From an uncultured Parafilimonas sp. (lineage in GTDB: Bacteria; Bacteroidota; Bacteroidia; Chitinophagales; Chitinophagaceae): a stretch of 64,000 nt of DNA. Position numbers and translations under genes: made by a program. This document shows positions 1-9,672 of the stretch, one piece after another; the stretch's first letter is position 1; each line of letters starts with the position of its first letter. The notes beneath the pieces are model-generated. The model saw only the letters and a list, made by a program, of their open reading frames with translations. It searched no databases and had not been told where the DNA came from. The DNA is taken from positions 16,317-80,316 of the forward strand of contig CAIRZB010000114.1 of assembly GCA_903882935.1 (NCBI GenBank), given 5' to 3'.

Positions 1-1701
1 ATATCCGTACCAGTAATTTCGCAAGCCAGTTTTACAAACACGGTATCTTCCTCCCCTTTTTTTGATGTGATAACGGCATCATACGCCGCCTTTGAATAAT
101 TGATACCCGCAGCGTCAAACCTTTTAAACTGCTCTTGCATGTTAGCTACAAAACCATCCCAGTTACGGGTATTTTTGGGACTCCACAATACTTCCGCGGT
201 AGCAAGGCTCCGTGGCCAGGTCATGTACTCCGCATGGCGGAAGGTTGGCACGCTCTCGCTCCAAAGGTTGGCTTGGCCGCCCAGAATATAAGATGCGTCA
301 ACGCTGTCTGGCACCGGCTCAAAGCTGTAACTTGTTTTCAGCAGTAGCTTGCCATAGGTGGCAGGCTCTACATTAGGGTCGCCTTGGTAAAGGTCAATAT
401 AACAAAAACCCCAGGGGCTCATCACCACATGGTGGTTCATTTTGGCCGCGTTTATGCCGCCTTGCATGCCACGCCAACTCATTACAGTGGCTTCGGGGGC
501 AAGGCCGCCTTCCAATATTTCATCCCAGCCAATCAATTTTTTCCCCTTGCTTTTAAGCATTTGTTCCATGCGCCGTACAAAATAGCTCTGCAACTCGTCG
601 GTGTTTTTCAAATGCTCGTCAGCCATACGTTTTTGGCATTTGGGGCATTTTTCCCAAAAGCCCTTGTATGCCTCGTCTCCGCCCACATGTATGTATTGGT
701 TGGGGAATAGCTGCGCCAGCTCGGTAAATATTTTGTCTAACACCACGTAAATGGAGTCGTTGCCCACGCAAAGCACATTGTCTTCCTCGGTATAAAAATT
801 ACTGCCGGGGTTAACAAAATAGGGCATTTGCGTGCAGGATAGGTTGGGGTATGATGCTATTAAGGCCAAACTATGCGCCGGTATATCAATTTCTGGCAGT
901 ATGGTTATGTTGCGGGCCGCAGCGTATTGCAGCATTTCCCTAATATCATCCTGGGTATAAAAACCGCCATCGGTCGCAGGCTCCCGCCATTCTGGCTTGG
1001 GAAACTGGCCAAACCTGCCGGTGCGTTTCACCCGCCAAGCGCCCACTTGTGTAAGCAGCGGCAGGCTTTTAATTTCCACGCGCCAGCCGTTGTCATCGCT
1101 TAAATGCAGGTGCAGGGTATTGTATTTAAATGCCGACATTTCATCAATATATTTCAGCACTTCTTCCTTGGTAAAAAAATGCCGGCTTACATCAAGCATC
1201 AGGCCGCGCCAGCCAAAACGGGGGTAGTCAGTAATTTCGACACAGGGTATGGTAGCCGTGCCGGTTGCGGGTTTCGCAGCATTGGCCGGTAACAGTTGCA
1301 ACAATGTTTGCAGGCCGTTAAAAATTCCGCCCGCTGCACTGGCGTGCAGGCTAATATTGCCCGGCGATACCGTAAGCGCATATGCTTCGGCACCGTTGGG
1401 GTTAGGCTTTTCATCCAGGTACACATCTATGCGTTTGCCGCTGGTGGGTTTAAACACCGTACGTAGGTTTACACCGCTTACGGCAGAAAAATGGCCGGCA
1501 AAAACAGCCACAGCATTTTTGGTGGCATCGTCGGCAGTGTGCACAACAAGGGCAACATTACCACCCAATACAAACGAGCCTGCCTGTTCCTTAACGCTAA
1601 CCGGCTGGGGCAAAACGTGTATACGCCCGCCATCAGCCAAGGCAGGCTTACAACACAATAAAAATGCGGCGAGGCAGAATAATACTGACAGTTTTTTCAT
1701 G
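1..1701 (-). CDS. beta-N-acetylhexosaminidase, glycoside hydrolase family 20 (5' partial in window; N-terminal signal peptide at 1701 end)
   Basis: Reverse-strand translation contains the GH20 catalytic motif HLHLSDDNGWRVEIKSLPLLTQVGAWR and an N-terminal signal peptide MKKLSVLFCLAAFLLCCKPALA. The plus-strand ORFs listed here are antisense frames. Confidence 0.85.
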
Positions 1702-1836
1702 CAGGCAAAATTTTGGGGGATGAATGAGGGACGAATATAGCATAAAAAGCACGGAGAAAAGCCTGCAAACAACCTAGGGGTTCTTTAACTTTTTTAGACA
1801 TTGCGAAACTACTTGCCCCTTACTACATTTACCTTT

Positions 1837-2520
1837 ATGCAGCCTTTTATGAAAATACACACAGCATTACAAAAAGGGGAATACCACCTTAACCACTGCG
1901 AAGATTATATTTTTACGGGAAGTATTGGTGCGGATATTGTTTTATGCGCTGTTATGGATGGCTGCACCATGGGTATAGACAGTTATTTTGCAGCCACTTT
2001 AACGGGAAAACTGCTTGGCAAACTTGCGAAGGTTATGGGCTACATGTAATTGAACAATACCCAGCCCAGGTACACAAGCCTTGAGGGTTATACCAAACAC
2101 TTACTACGGGCGCTAATGGCCGAATTAACATTGGCCAAAAACCAACTAATACTTGAAAAAAACGAGCTGTTAACCACCTTGATACTTTTGCTAGTAAATA
2201 AGACAGACAGCACCGGAATGGTTTTGGCCATTGGGGACGGGGTTGCTAGTATAAACGGACCCATTACAAAATTTGACCAAGACAATAAACCTGATTATTT
2301 AGGGTACCATTTAAGTGACGATTTTGATAATTGGTATGCGGGCTTGACACAGAAATTTTACATTGCACCCGTTAAGGACGTGAGCATAGCCACAGACGAG
2401 ATTGACACCTTTACACCGTTTGCAATAAAAACCGTTAGCGGGAATACCAACCCGGTTGATTTTTTGCTGGGTGGTGACCTTGCCCCCGAAGATGAAGACG
2501 CCCTGGGAAAAAAAAGCTGA
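1837..2520 (+). pseudogene. PP2C-like (SpoIIE/PP2C_2 family) protein phosphatase interrupted by in-frame TAA at 2047-2049
   Basis: ORFs 1801-2049 and 2050-2520 are in the same frame. The combined length is about 239 aa and the motif AVMDGCTMGIDSYFAA resembles the metal-binding region of bacterial PP2C-like proteins. Only the TAA separates the two halves. Confidence 0.5.
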
Positions 2521-2805
2521 AACGGTTGGAGCATGTTTACGGCCTTAAACCAACCGACGACCTTGCGTTGGTAAGAGTGGTGTGTTGAGGATTTCGATCA
2601 CCAGCGTTATGCTACAAATAACCGCGTTCTTTCAAAGAGTACCCCCTCATTATTGTTTATGCAACTGACACCAATGCACTCAAAAAATATACACTGGCGG
2701 CTAATAGTGCTTAAGTATCGAAAGTTATTTTCGTAATTTCGCTTAGAGATAATGTCAAAACAAAAAAATATTGCAGGCAACTGTTGATAATTTAATACGA
2801 TAATT

Positions 2806-3030
2806 ATGAAACAGGTCACATTACAAATACCCGACAAAAAATACCCCTTCTTTATGGAATTGGTAAAAAACCTAGGCTTTGCCAAGAAAATTAGTATGGA
2901 GGAAGAATATGCACAGCCGACAAAAGATGAAATTTTAGCAGGTATTAAACAAGCAGTAATAGAAGTTAATTTAATAAATGAAGGTAAATTACAGGCACGA
3001 GATGCATGGGAGCTAATTGATGAGTTATAA
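2806..3030 (+). CDS. small antitoxin-like protein, cognate partner of downstream RelE/ParE-family toxin
   Basis: A 74-aa ORF whose stop overlaps the start of the toxin gene by 11 nt, a classic type II TA arrangement. Confidence 0.5.
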   Translation: MKQVTLQIPDKKYPFFMELVKNLGFAKKISMEEEYAQPTKDEILAGIKQAVIEVNLINEGKLQARDAWELIDEL

Positions 3031-3345
3031 AATAAAAACCATACCAAATTTTGAAAAAGCTTTGAAGCGGCTGGCTAAAAAATATTCGTCGATAAGAACA
3101 GAATATGCCGCTCTTCTTAAGAGCCTCAAGGCCAACGCTGAACAGGGTAAGCCTATTGGTAACAACTGTTATAAAATACGTATGGCCATAGCATGAAAAG
3201 GCAAGGGCAAAAGTGGCGGCGCCAGGGTTATCACTTACGTGTTGGTGGAAGGCATTACAATTTTTCTACTGGATATTTACGACAAATCTGAACAAAGCTA
3301 CATCAGCGATGCTGAACTGGAAACATTGCTTAAACAAATTAAATA
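3020..3345 (+). pseudogene. type II TA system RelE/ParE-family toxin with in-frame TGA (3194-3196)
   Basis: Translation reads MSYKIKTIPNFEKALKRLAKKYSSIRTEYAALLKSLKANAEQGKPIGNNCYKIRMAIA*KGKGKSGGARVITYVLVEGITIFLLDIYDKSEQSY.... The family-conserved IAS-KGKGKSGGARVI block is broken by TGA where Ser (TCA) is expected. Confidence 0.6.
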
Positions 3346-3477
3346 GACTGATTGGCGGAGGCAAGAAGATGCACTGCTTTTACGTATTCTCCAACGTTAC
3401 AATAAGGGTATTATTTCTGCACTTATTGTTTTTCAGATCATTACCGAGCTGACAAAAGATTCACCGAATAGCCTTCT

Positions 3478-4134
3478 TCATCGCACTTTACCGCTAACAT
3501 ATTTATTACCCGCTACATAAAAGCGGTACGGCAGCAAGGCATCTTCGCCCGCATAATCAACGCCGATGCGTGGGGTGGCAATTATCTGCGCTTCGTTATA
3601 CCGCAGGCCATCATCCAGCAGGAATATCTCATCCCCCAACAAATCATACCCCGTGTGTGCGGTTGAAATACCCAAGGCTTTTGAGAGATTGCCGGGCCCC
3701 TTTGTAAGGGTGTAATCGGCCTTAACTTTCCCTGTTCGCAACAACATAGTTTCCGTACCCCATACAGGCTCCGCAGCACGCAGTAACACTGCATGGGGTA
3801 CGCCTTCCACATTGGTTACAATGTTAAAAAGGTGGTGTATGCCATAAATCAAATACACATACGCCGTTCCGCCCTGGCGGTACATAATTTCGGTACGTTT
3901 GGTACGGCGGCCGTTGTACGCGTGCGATGCTTTGTCTACAATACCGTTATAAGCCTCCGTTTCAACGATACGTGCGGCAGTAACCACACCCCAAAAATTG
4001 GTTACCAAAAGCTTGCCCAACAGGTTTTTGGCCAACAAAACAACATCTGTGCCGTGGTAAAAAACAGTGTTTAACCGAACATAGCTTTGCTGGGGAAATT
4101 TATTTACCAATTTATTAATGGGCATACGCTGCAA
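3478..4134 (-). CDS. mpg: DNA-3-methyladenine glycosylase (Mpg/AAG family)
   Basis: The translation carries Mpg-family signature blocks ETEAYNG, DKASHAYNGRRTKRTEIMY and GTAYVYLIYGIHHLFN. Confidence 0.85.
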   Translation of the reverse strand: MQRMPINKLVNKFPQQSYVRLNTVFYHGTDVVLLAKNLLGKLLVTNFWGVVTAARIVETEAYNGIVDKASHAYNGRRTKRTEIMYRQGGTAYVYLIYGIHHLFNIVTNVEGVPHAVLLRAAEPVWGTETMLLRTGKVKADYTLTKGPGNLSKALGISTAHTGYDLLGDEIFLLDDGLRYNEAQIIATPRIGVDYAGEDALLPYRFYVAGNKYVSGKVR

Positions 4135-4166
4135 TTCTCCTAAATTTAACCGCTAAATTACCCCAG

Positions 4167-4940
4167 TTGCTCAAAGAAATTATCATTGCCATACAGGCTT
4201 ATATTAAAGCACACCAGTTCATCAAACAGCACCGTTTGTGGAAGTGGATTGTTATACCCGGCATTTTATATACGGCTCTTTTTTTGGTGTCTATGTATTA
4301 TTTCGGCCTCACGGCCAACCTGTTTATTGGCTGGCTAAGCACGGTTACGGGCCTTACCGCCTGGTTGGCGAGGATGCACGACGGTTTTTTGGGGTTTTTG
4401 TTTGCGTTGAGCGGGCTGTTCTTCTGGCTAAACCAAATGCTTTTATATTTCTCCCTGTTTAAATACATTTGGCTCATACTCGGCTCGCCCGTGTTTGCCT
4501 ACCTGAGCGAAAAAACAGACGCCATTATACAGGGTAAAACCTCCCCTATTGATATTGGCCAGCTTAAACGCGATGCGTTGCGGGGTTGTGCCATTGCGGC
4601 ACGCAACGCCTTATGGCAAACCGTTTATATGGTAACCATACTCTTGTTAACATTGGTACCACTTATAGGCTGGGCAACCCCCTTGCTGGCTGTTTTGTTA
4701 GATTGCTACTATTTTGGCTTTAGTATGCTGGACTACAGCAGTGAACGCAAAAACGTTTCCCCTACCGAAAGCATCTATTTTATTGGCAGCCACCGGGGGC
4801 TAGCCATTGGCAATGGCCTGGTATTTTATTTAATGCACCCGGTTATTCTAATTGCACCAGCCTATGCCATTATTGCCGCAACGTTAAGTATGCACGATTT
4901 GGAGCGGCGTACTACCAAAGTTGACATTGGGGGGATTTGA
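4167..4940 (+). CDS. EI24/CysZ-like multi-pass membrane protein
   Basis: A 257-aa protein with several predicted TM helices. Its overall pattern resembles EI24-domain proteins. Confidence 0.5.
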   Translation: MLKEIIIAIQAYIKAHQFIKQHRLWKWIVIPGILYTALFLVSMYYFGLTANLFIGWLSTVTGLTAWLARMHDGFLGFLFALSGLFFWLNQMLLYFSLFKYIWLILGSPVFAYLSEKTDAIIQGKTSPIDIGQLKRDALRGCAIAARNALWQTVYMVTILLLTLVPLIGWATPLLAVLLDCYYFGFSMLDYSSERKNVSPTESIYFIGSHRGLAIGNGLVFYLMHPVILIAPAYAIIAATLSMHDLERRTTKVDIGGI

Positions 4941-5148
4941 AAACGGTATGGAGTAGGCTGTACAATGCCTACATACTTCACAGTTTTATGTATAGGAACT
5001 CGCTGATTCTGTACAATGAATGTCTCCGAGACTCAAGGCTTTAACGCTGAATATCGTATTTTAAATAAAATCAAAATTCCGTAAGAGTGATATGCAAATT
5101 ATACAAAGCATACAAAATAGGATTTAAGAAATAAGGGGCGACAGGATT

Positions 5149-5658
5149 ATGCTTGATTTCGATTTGGCGAGTTTATATGAAGTTGAGACAAGAGTATTGA
5201 ACCAAGCTATAAAAAGGAACATTGAAAGCTTCCCTGAGGATTTTATGTTTAGGCTAACGCAAGAGGAATGGCATGTTATCTCATCATCACAGATTGTGAT
5301 GATGGAATCATTACCCAAAAACAGAACGGGAAAATATCTACCCTATGCTTTTACCGAGCACGGGGTTACTATGCTTGCGAGTATTTTAAAAAGTGCAAAA
5401 GCCAGGCAAATGAATATAGCCGTAGTAAGGGTGTTTGTTGCTCTGCGTAAATTTTCATTACAACAAAAAGACATTTCAGGTCAGTTACAGGAACTTAAAA
5501 TCGAGTTATCCCAGAGAATAAACGAACACGACGTACAGTTAAACAGCATTTATAACGCGCTAGAAAATCTTTTAGACAGGGAAACTGATAAAGAAGAAGC
5601 TAAAGCGAATTGGAGTGACAGAGAAAGAATAGGATTTAATAAAACATTATTACCATGA
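5149..5658 (+). CDS. ORF6N (KilA-N-like) domain protein
   Basis: The motif LASLYEVETRVLNQAIKRNIESFPEDFMFRLT...PYAFTEHGVTMLASIL is typical of ORF6N DNA-binding domains. The gene is AT-rich and overlaps the next gene by 4 nt (ATGA). Confidence 0.7.
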   Translation: MLDFDLASLYEVETRVLNQAIKRNIESFPEDFMFRLTQEEWHVISSSQIVMMESLPKNRTGKYLPYAFTEHGVTMLASILKSAKARQMNIAVVRVFVALRKFSLQQKDISGQLQELKIELSQRINEHDVQLNSIYNALENLLDRETDKEEAKANWSDRERIGFNKTLLP

Positions 5659-6368
5659 GCAAAGCCACCATATACCTAATACCCACTTTTTTACAAGAAG
5701 ACGAAGCTGCGCAAAAAGTGATACCCGCCTACTTAGTTGACGCGGTTAAAGCCTGCTCAGTATTTTTTGTGGAGAATGAAAAAACAGCCCGGCGTTTTTT
5801 AAAAAAAGTTTGGAAGGAACTGGTGATTGATGACTACAAGTGGTATGCCATACACAAGGCGGAGCAGGATGCGCTGCCCGCGTTTATAAGCCACATTAAG
5901 AAGGGGGATACCATCGGCATTATTAGTGAGGCCGGCTGCCCCGGTGTGGCTGACCCCGGACAAATTTTAATTGAAGCGGCACAACAACACAATGCCATTA
6001 TAAAGCCCCTTGTTGGCCCAAGCGCCATACTATTAGCCCTTATGGCCAGCGGCATGAACGGCCAAACTTTCCAGTTTAGCGGCTATTTGCCGATTGACAG
6101 CAGTGAGCGCAAAAAGGCAATTAAAGAGTTGGAAGATTATTCGTTTAAAAAGAAATGTACCCAAATTTTTATCGAAACCCCTTACCGCAATAACCAGTTG
6201 ATAGCTGATGTATTGGCCGCCTGTAAAAACGAAACAAAGTTTTGTATAGCGGTGGATATTACGGCCGCCACAGAAACCATTCGCACCAAAACCATAGCCG
6301 CTTGGAAAAAAGAACAGGCCCCCGATTTTCACAAGAGGCCTGCCATATTTTTATTGTACGCCGGGTAA
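5655..6368 (+). CDS. SAM-dependent methyltransferase, tetrapyrrole-methylase fold (RsmI/YraL-like)
   Basis: Contains GIISEAGCPGVADPG and the general architecture of the RsmI-like family. It is 237 aa long. Confidence 0.75.
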   Translation: MSKATIYLIPTFLQEDEAAQKVIPAYLVDAVKACSVFFVENEKTARRFLKKVWKELVIDDYKWYAIHKAEQDALPAFISHIKKGDTIGIISEAGCPGVADPGQILIEAAQQHNAIIKPLVGPSAILLALMASGMNGQTFQFSGYLPIDSSERKKAIKELEDYSFKKKCTQIFIETPYRNNQLIADVLAACKNETKFCIAVDITAATETIRTKTIAAWKKEQAPDFHKRPAIFLLYAG

Positions 6369-6376
6369 TAAAAAAA

Positions 6377-6796
6377 TTACTTCAATTTCATTTGGGCAAA
6401 GTAAGGGTGGTCGGGGTTTACTATCAGCTCCTGCCTTAGCGGGTGTATAAGCACGTCCATGTCTTCAAGTGGTATTGCACCAAGTAATAATTCATTGTCG
6501 CCTGGCAAAACCATTGCATTACATAGTGTACGCCTGTTTCTAAACTTCAGCTCAACAGGCCCCACCACACCATATTCCTTTACGCTACCGTCAGCCATCT
6601 GCCCTTTCCTCTTCTCCAATACTGATAACTGTAGTTGCTCTTGTATATTCTCGTTTACGCATAGCATGTAGGCACCCGTATCCACCAACGCAGTAACGTA
6701 CATGCGTTTAACTTCATCCTTGTCCATGTAACCCCTGCGCACCAGTTCTAAATCCCCACCGTTTATCAGTTCAATTTCTGCGTATACAAGTCCCAT
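6377..6796 (-). CDS. retropepsin-like (clan AA) aspartic protease family protein
   Basis: The sequence LVDTGAY contains the DTG aspartyl protease motif. Size is about 139 aa, measured from the internal Met MGLVYAEI. Confidence 0.6.
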   Translation of the reverse strand: MGLVYAEIELINGGDLELVRRGYMDKDEVKRMYVTALVDTGAYMLCVNENIQEQLQLSVLEKRKGQMADGSVKEYGVVGPVELKFRNRRTLCNAMVLPGDNELLLGAIPLEDMDVLIHPLRQELIVNPDHPYFAQMKLK

Positions 6797-6836
6797 AATC
6801 AGTTTTTCAGTAAAATTACAATTTATTTTAATATTA

Positions 6837-8234
6837 CTACAACCCATACTTGTCAACCAAATACAACAACGCGGCCATATTAATGGCACCCAGTTTCAAC
6901 TCCCGCATGTTTACGTTTTCCAGCACGTCGTTGGTGCTGTGGTGTACGTCAAAATAGCGCTGGGTATCTGGCATAAGTTCTGCCGCAGGTACTTTAAATG
7001 TTTCGTGTATGGGGCCAACATCCGCGCCGCCGCCGCCATTGGTAAAGTAGTTTATGAAGTAGGGGGCAAACAGTGGCAGCCAAGCATCCAGTTTAGGTTT
7101 GGTGTCGGCATTAATGGGTATGCTAAAACTGCGTGGGGTAAAGCCGCCAGCATCACTCTCCAAGGCAAAAATGTGTTTTTCATGCTGGGCCTTTGCTTCA
7201 TCGGCATATGCTTTTGCACCGCGTGTGCCGTTTTCCTCATTGGCAAACAACACAAAACGTATGGTGTGTTTTGGCCTAAAACCCAGCGATTTAAAAGCAC
7301 GCAATATCTCTATTGTTTGCACAATGCCTGCGCCGTCGTCGGTTGCGCCTTCGGTAACATCCCAGGCATCCAAGTGCCCGCCCACGGTTATAATTTCATC
7401 GGGGTGTTCGGTGCCCGTTAATTCCCCAATCACGTTATGCCCAATAGTATCTGGCAACATTTTGCCATAGGTAAACAGCTGTGCGGTAAGGCTTTTGCCT
7501 GCGTCTATCAATGTGTCCATCTTTTCCACATCACGCACCCCCACGGCCACAGCAGGTATTTCTTGGGTACTGTCAAGGTAACGGAGCGACCCTGTGTGGG
7601 GCGCATTATCAACGCCATTGGTCATGCTGCGTACCATTACGCCCACCGCACCGTATTTGGCAGCCCTGCTGGCACCAATGCCGCGGTACACCACATTTTT
7701 ACCATATGCCTGAAAAGTGGCCAACAAAGTGTCATCAAAGGGTACGTTGTAAAAAACGATCTTTCCCTTAAGGTCGTTCTTCTTCGCTTCCAGCTCGTCA
7801 AAATCATTTACCCGCACCACTTGGGCCTTTATTCCTTTGGGCCCGCTGCCTATGGAGTTACCCAATGCCAGTACGTTCACTGGTATGGATTGTTGCACCC
7901 CTTTGTCATTTTTATAAAAAACAGCCGCTTTGTCTTTTCCGCCGCGTACCCAATGTGGCACCATGCATTGTTGTAAGCGCACATTATCGGCACCTGCCTC
8001 CTGCAAAGCGGCATAACCCCATTTTTCGGCCAAAACCATTTGTGGGCTGCCTGCCAAGCGGCCGCCAATTTTTTTGGTTAAAAAGTACAAGTTATTGTAC
8101 GATGCCTTACTGGTTAGCACGTTTTTAGCAATGTTGTGGATGAATATTGAATCGCCCACATACGCGGCAGATGGCCCCTGCGCAAAGGCCGCCGATGAAA
8201 TAAACAACGATGCAAACCATACAAATTTCCTCAT
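6837..8234 (-). CDS. M28 family peptidase (secreted aminopeptidase with PA domain)
   Basis: Has a signal peptide, the motif HLDAWDVTEGATDDGAG, and the NEENGTRGA metal-ligand block. Confidence 0.85.
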   Translation of the reverse strand: MRKFVWFASLFISSAAFAQGPSAAYVGDSIFIHNIAKNVLTSKASYNNLYFLTKKIGGRLAGSPQMVLAEKWGYAALQEAGADNVRLQQCMVPHWVRGGKDKAAVFYKNDKGVQQSIPVNVLALGNSIGSGPKGIKAQVVRVNDFDELEAKKNDLKGKIVFYNVPFDDTLLATFQAYGKNVVYRGIGASRAAKYGAVGVMVRSMTNGVDNAPHTGSLRYLDSTQEIPAVAVGVRDVEKMDTLIDAGKSLTAQLFTYGKMLPDTIGHNVIGELTGTEHPDEIITVGGHLDAWDVTEGATDDGAGIVQTIEILRAFKSLGFRPKHTIRFVLFANEENGTRGAKAYADEAKAQHEKHIFALESDAGGFTPRSFSIPINADTKPKLDAWLPLFAPYFINYFTNGGGGADVGPIHETFKVPAAELMPDTQRYFDVHHSTNDVLENVNMRELKLGAINMAALLYLVDKYGL

Positions 8235-8385
8235 GTGTTAAGTTTTACCAGGTTTTAAATGTTAATGACGGCCTGTTGCTAAGCCGCCCCTAAGTTAAGT
8301 AAATGTTGCCTGTTGCAATGTTTGACGAAAGGTTTGATGGTATTAAAGAAATGGTTGTTACTTTGCCACCTCAATTACTAAAATC

Positions 8386-9516
8386 ATGCGCATAGGGATT
8401 GTTTGTTACCCAACCTTTGGGGGAAGCGGGGTGTTGGCCACTGAATTAGGGAAAGCTTTGGCAGACAAAGGGCACAGCGTACATTTTATAACCTACCAGC
8501 AGCCGGTACGGCTTAATATATTTAGTGCTAACATATATTACCACGAGGTTAGGGTGCCAACATACCCTTTATTTGACTACCCCCCCTACGAGGTGGCGTT
8601 GGCCAGCACTATGGTTGACGTAATTAAAAATTATGACCTTGACCTGCTGCATGTGCACTATGCCATACCCCATGCGTCGGCAGCATATATGGCCCGGCAA
8701 ATAATTGCCAAAACTGGCCGCGATGTACCTGTGATAACCACTTTACACGGTACTGACATTACGCTGGTTGGCAAGGATAAAACCTACGAACCGGTGGTAA
8801 CTTTTTCCATCAACGAAAGCAATGCCATAACGGCGGTTTCGCAAAACCTGAAGGATGAAACATACCGGTCGTTTAAAATAAACAAAGACATTGAGGTTAT
8901 TTACAATTTTGTAGATGTAAGCCGTTATAATAAAAAACCCTTTGATGCTTTTAGGAAGGTAATTGCGCCAGACGGTGAAAAAATTGTGGTGCATGCCAGT
9001 AATTTTAGAAGCATAAAGCGGGTAAAAGACGTGGTTAAGATATTTGCACAGATAAACCAAGAACTACCCTGCAAACTCTTGATGGTGGGCGATGGGCCTG
9101 ATAGGCCTTTGGTAGAGGACCTGGCGAAGCAAATGAACGTACATGACGATGTGCGTTTTGTGGGCAAGCAGGAGCAGATTGAAGAGATTATGTTGGTATC
9201 TGACTTGTTTTTATTGCCTTCGGAATACGAAAGTTTTGGCCTTGCAGCCCTAGAGGCCATGGCGGCAAAGGTACCCGTCATAAGCACCAACGCCGGTGGC
9301 CTGCCCGAGGTAAATATACAAGGCGTTACCGGCTTTATGGCCGACATTGGCGATATTGATGCAATGGGTGACTATGGAATAACCCTTTTGAGCAACGAAA
9401 AGCTGTTGCAACAAATGAAGCAAAATGCCTATGAACAGGCGGTAAAATTTGACATTAGCAACATAGTGCCGGTGTACGAAAAGTTGTATAGCAGGTTTTG
9501 CAGGATGGATTGCTAG
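8386..9516 (+). CDS. bshA: N-acetyl-alpha-D-glucosaminyl L-malate synthase BshA (GT4 glycosyltransferase, bacillithiol pathway)
   Basis: The N-terminus MRIGIVCYPTFGGSGVLATELGKALADKGHSVHFITY and the GT4 C-terminal EYESFGLAALEAMAAKVPVISTNAGG block match BshA. Confidence 0.8.
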   Translation: MRIGIVCYPTFGGSGVLATELGKALADKGHSVHFITYQQPVRLNIFSANIYYHEVRVPTYPLFDYPPYEVALASTMVDVIKNYDLDLLHVHYAIPHASAAYMARQIIAKTGRDVPVITTLHGTDITLVGKDKTYEPVVTFSINESNAITAVSQNLKDETYRSFKINKDIEVIYNFVDVSRYNKKPFDAFRKVIAPDGEKIVVHASNFRSIKRVKDVVKIFAQINQELPCKLLMVGDGPDRPLVEDLAKQMNVHDDVRFVGKQEQIEEIMLVSDLFLLPSEYESFGLAALEAMAAKVPVISTNAGGLPEVNIQGVTGFMADIGDIDAMGDYGITLLSNEKLLQQMKQNAYEQAVKFDISNIVPVYEKLYSRFCRMDC

Positions 9517-9672
9517 CAACCCCCATCCCCTAAAGGGGGGCATTTAAGCAGCGTAAATATTTTGTCTTCGTTATAAACTTAGCATGTTTACTGCTGGGGC
9601 ATGATTTACGAAAAATGATAGAATTGCCTAAGAAGTTCCAGTTCCCCCTTTAGGGGGCGGAGGGGGTTCTCC

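Noticed and set aside
100-1740. Several 60-160 aa plus-strand ORFs
   Set aside because: They are antisense frames of the clearly identifiable GH20 hexosaminidase gene on the minus strand.
3194-3196. TGA in the RelE/ParE-family toxin as a selenocysteine codon
   Set aside because: The position corresponds to a conserved Ser in the family. No SECIS-like hairpin follows and no sel genes are in view. Nonsense mutation or sequencing error is more parsimonious.
6939-8128. Plus-strand ORFs of 80-180 aa inside the M28 peptidase locus
   Set aside because: They lie opposite a well-supported 465-aa gene and show no motifs or coding signal of their own.
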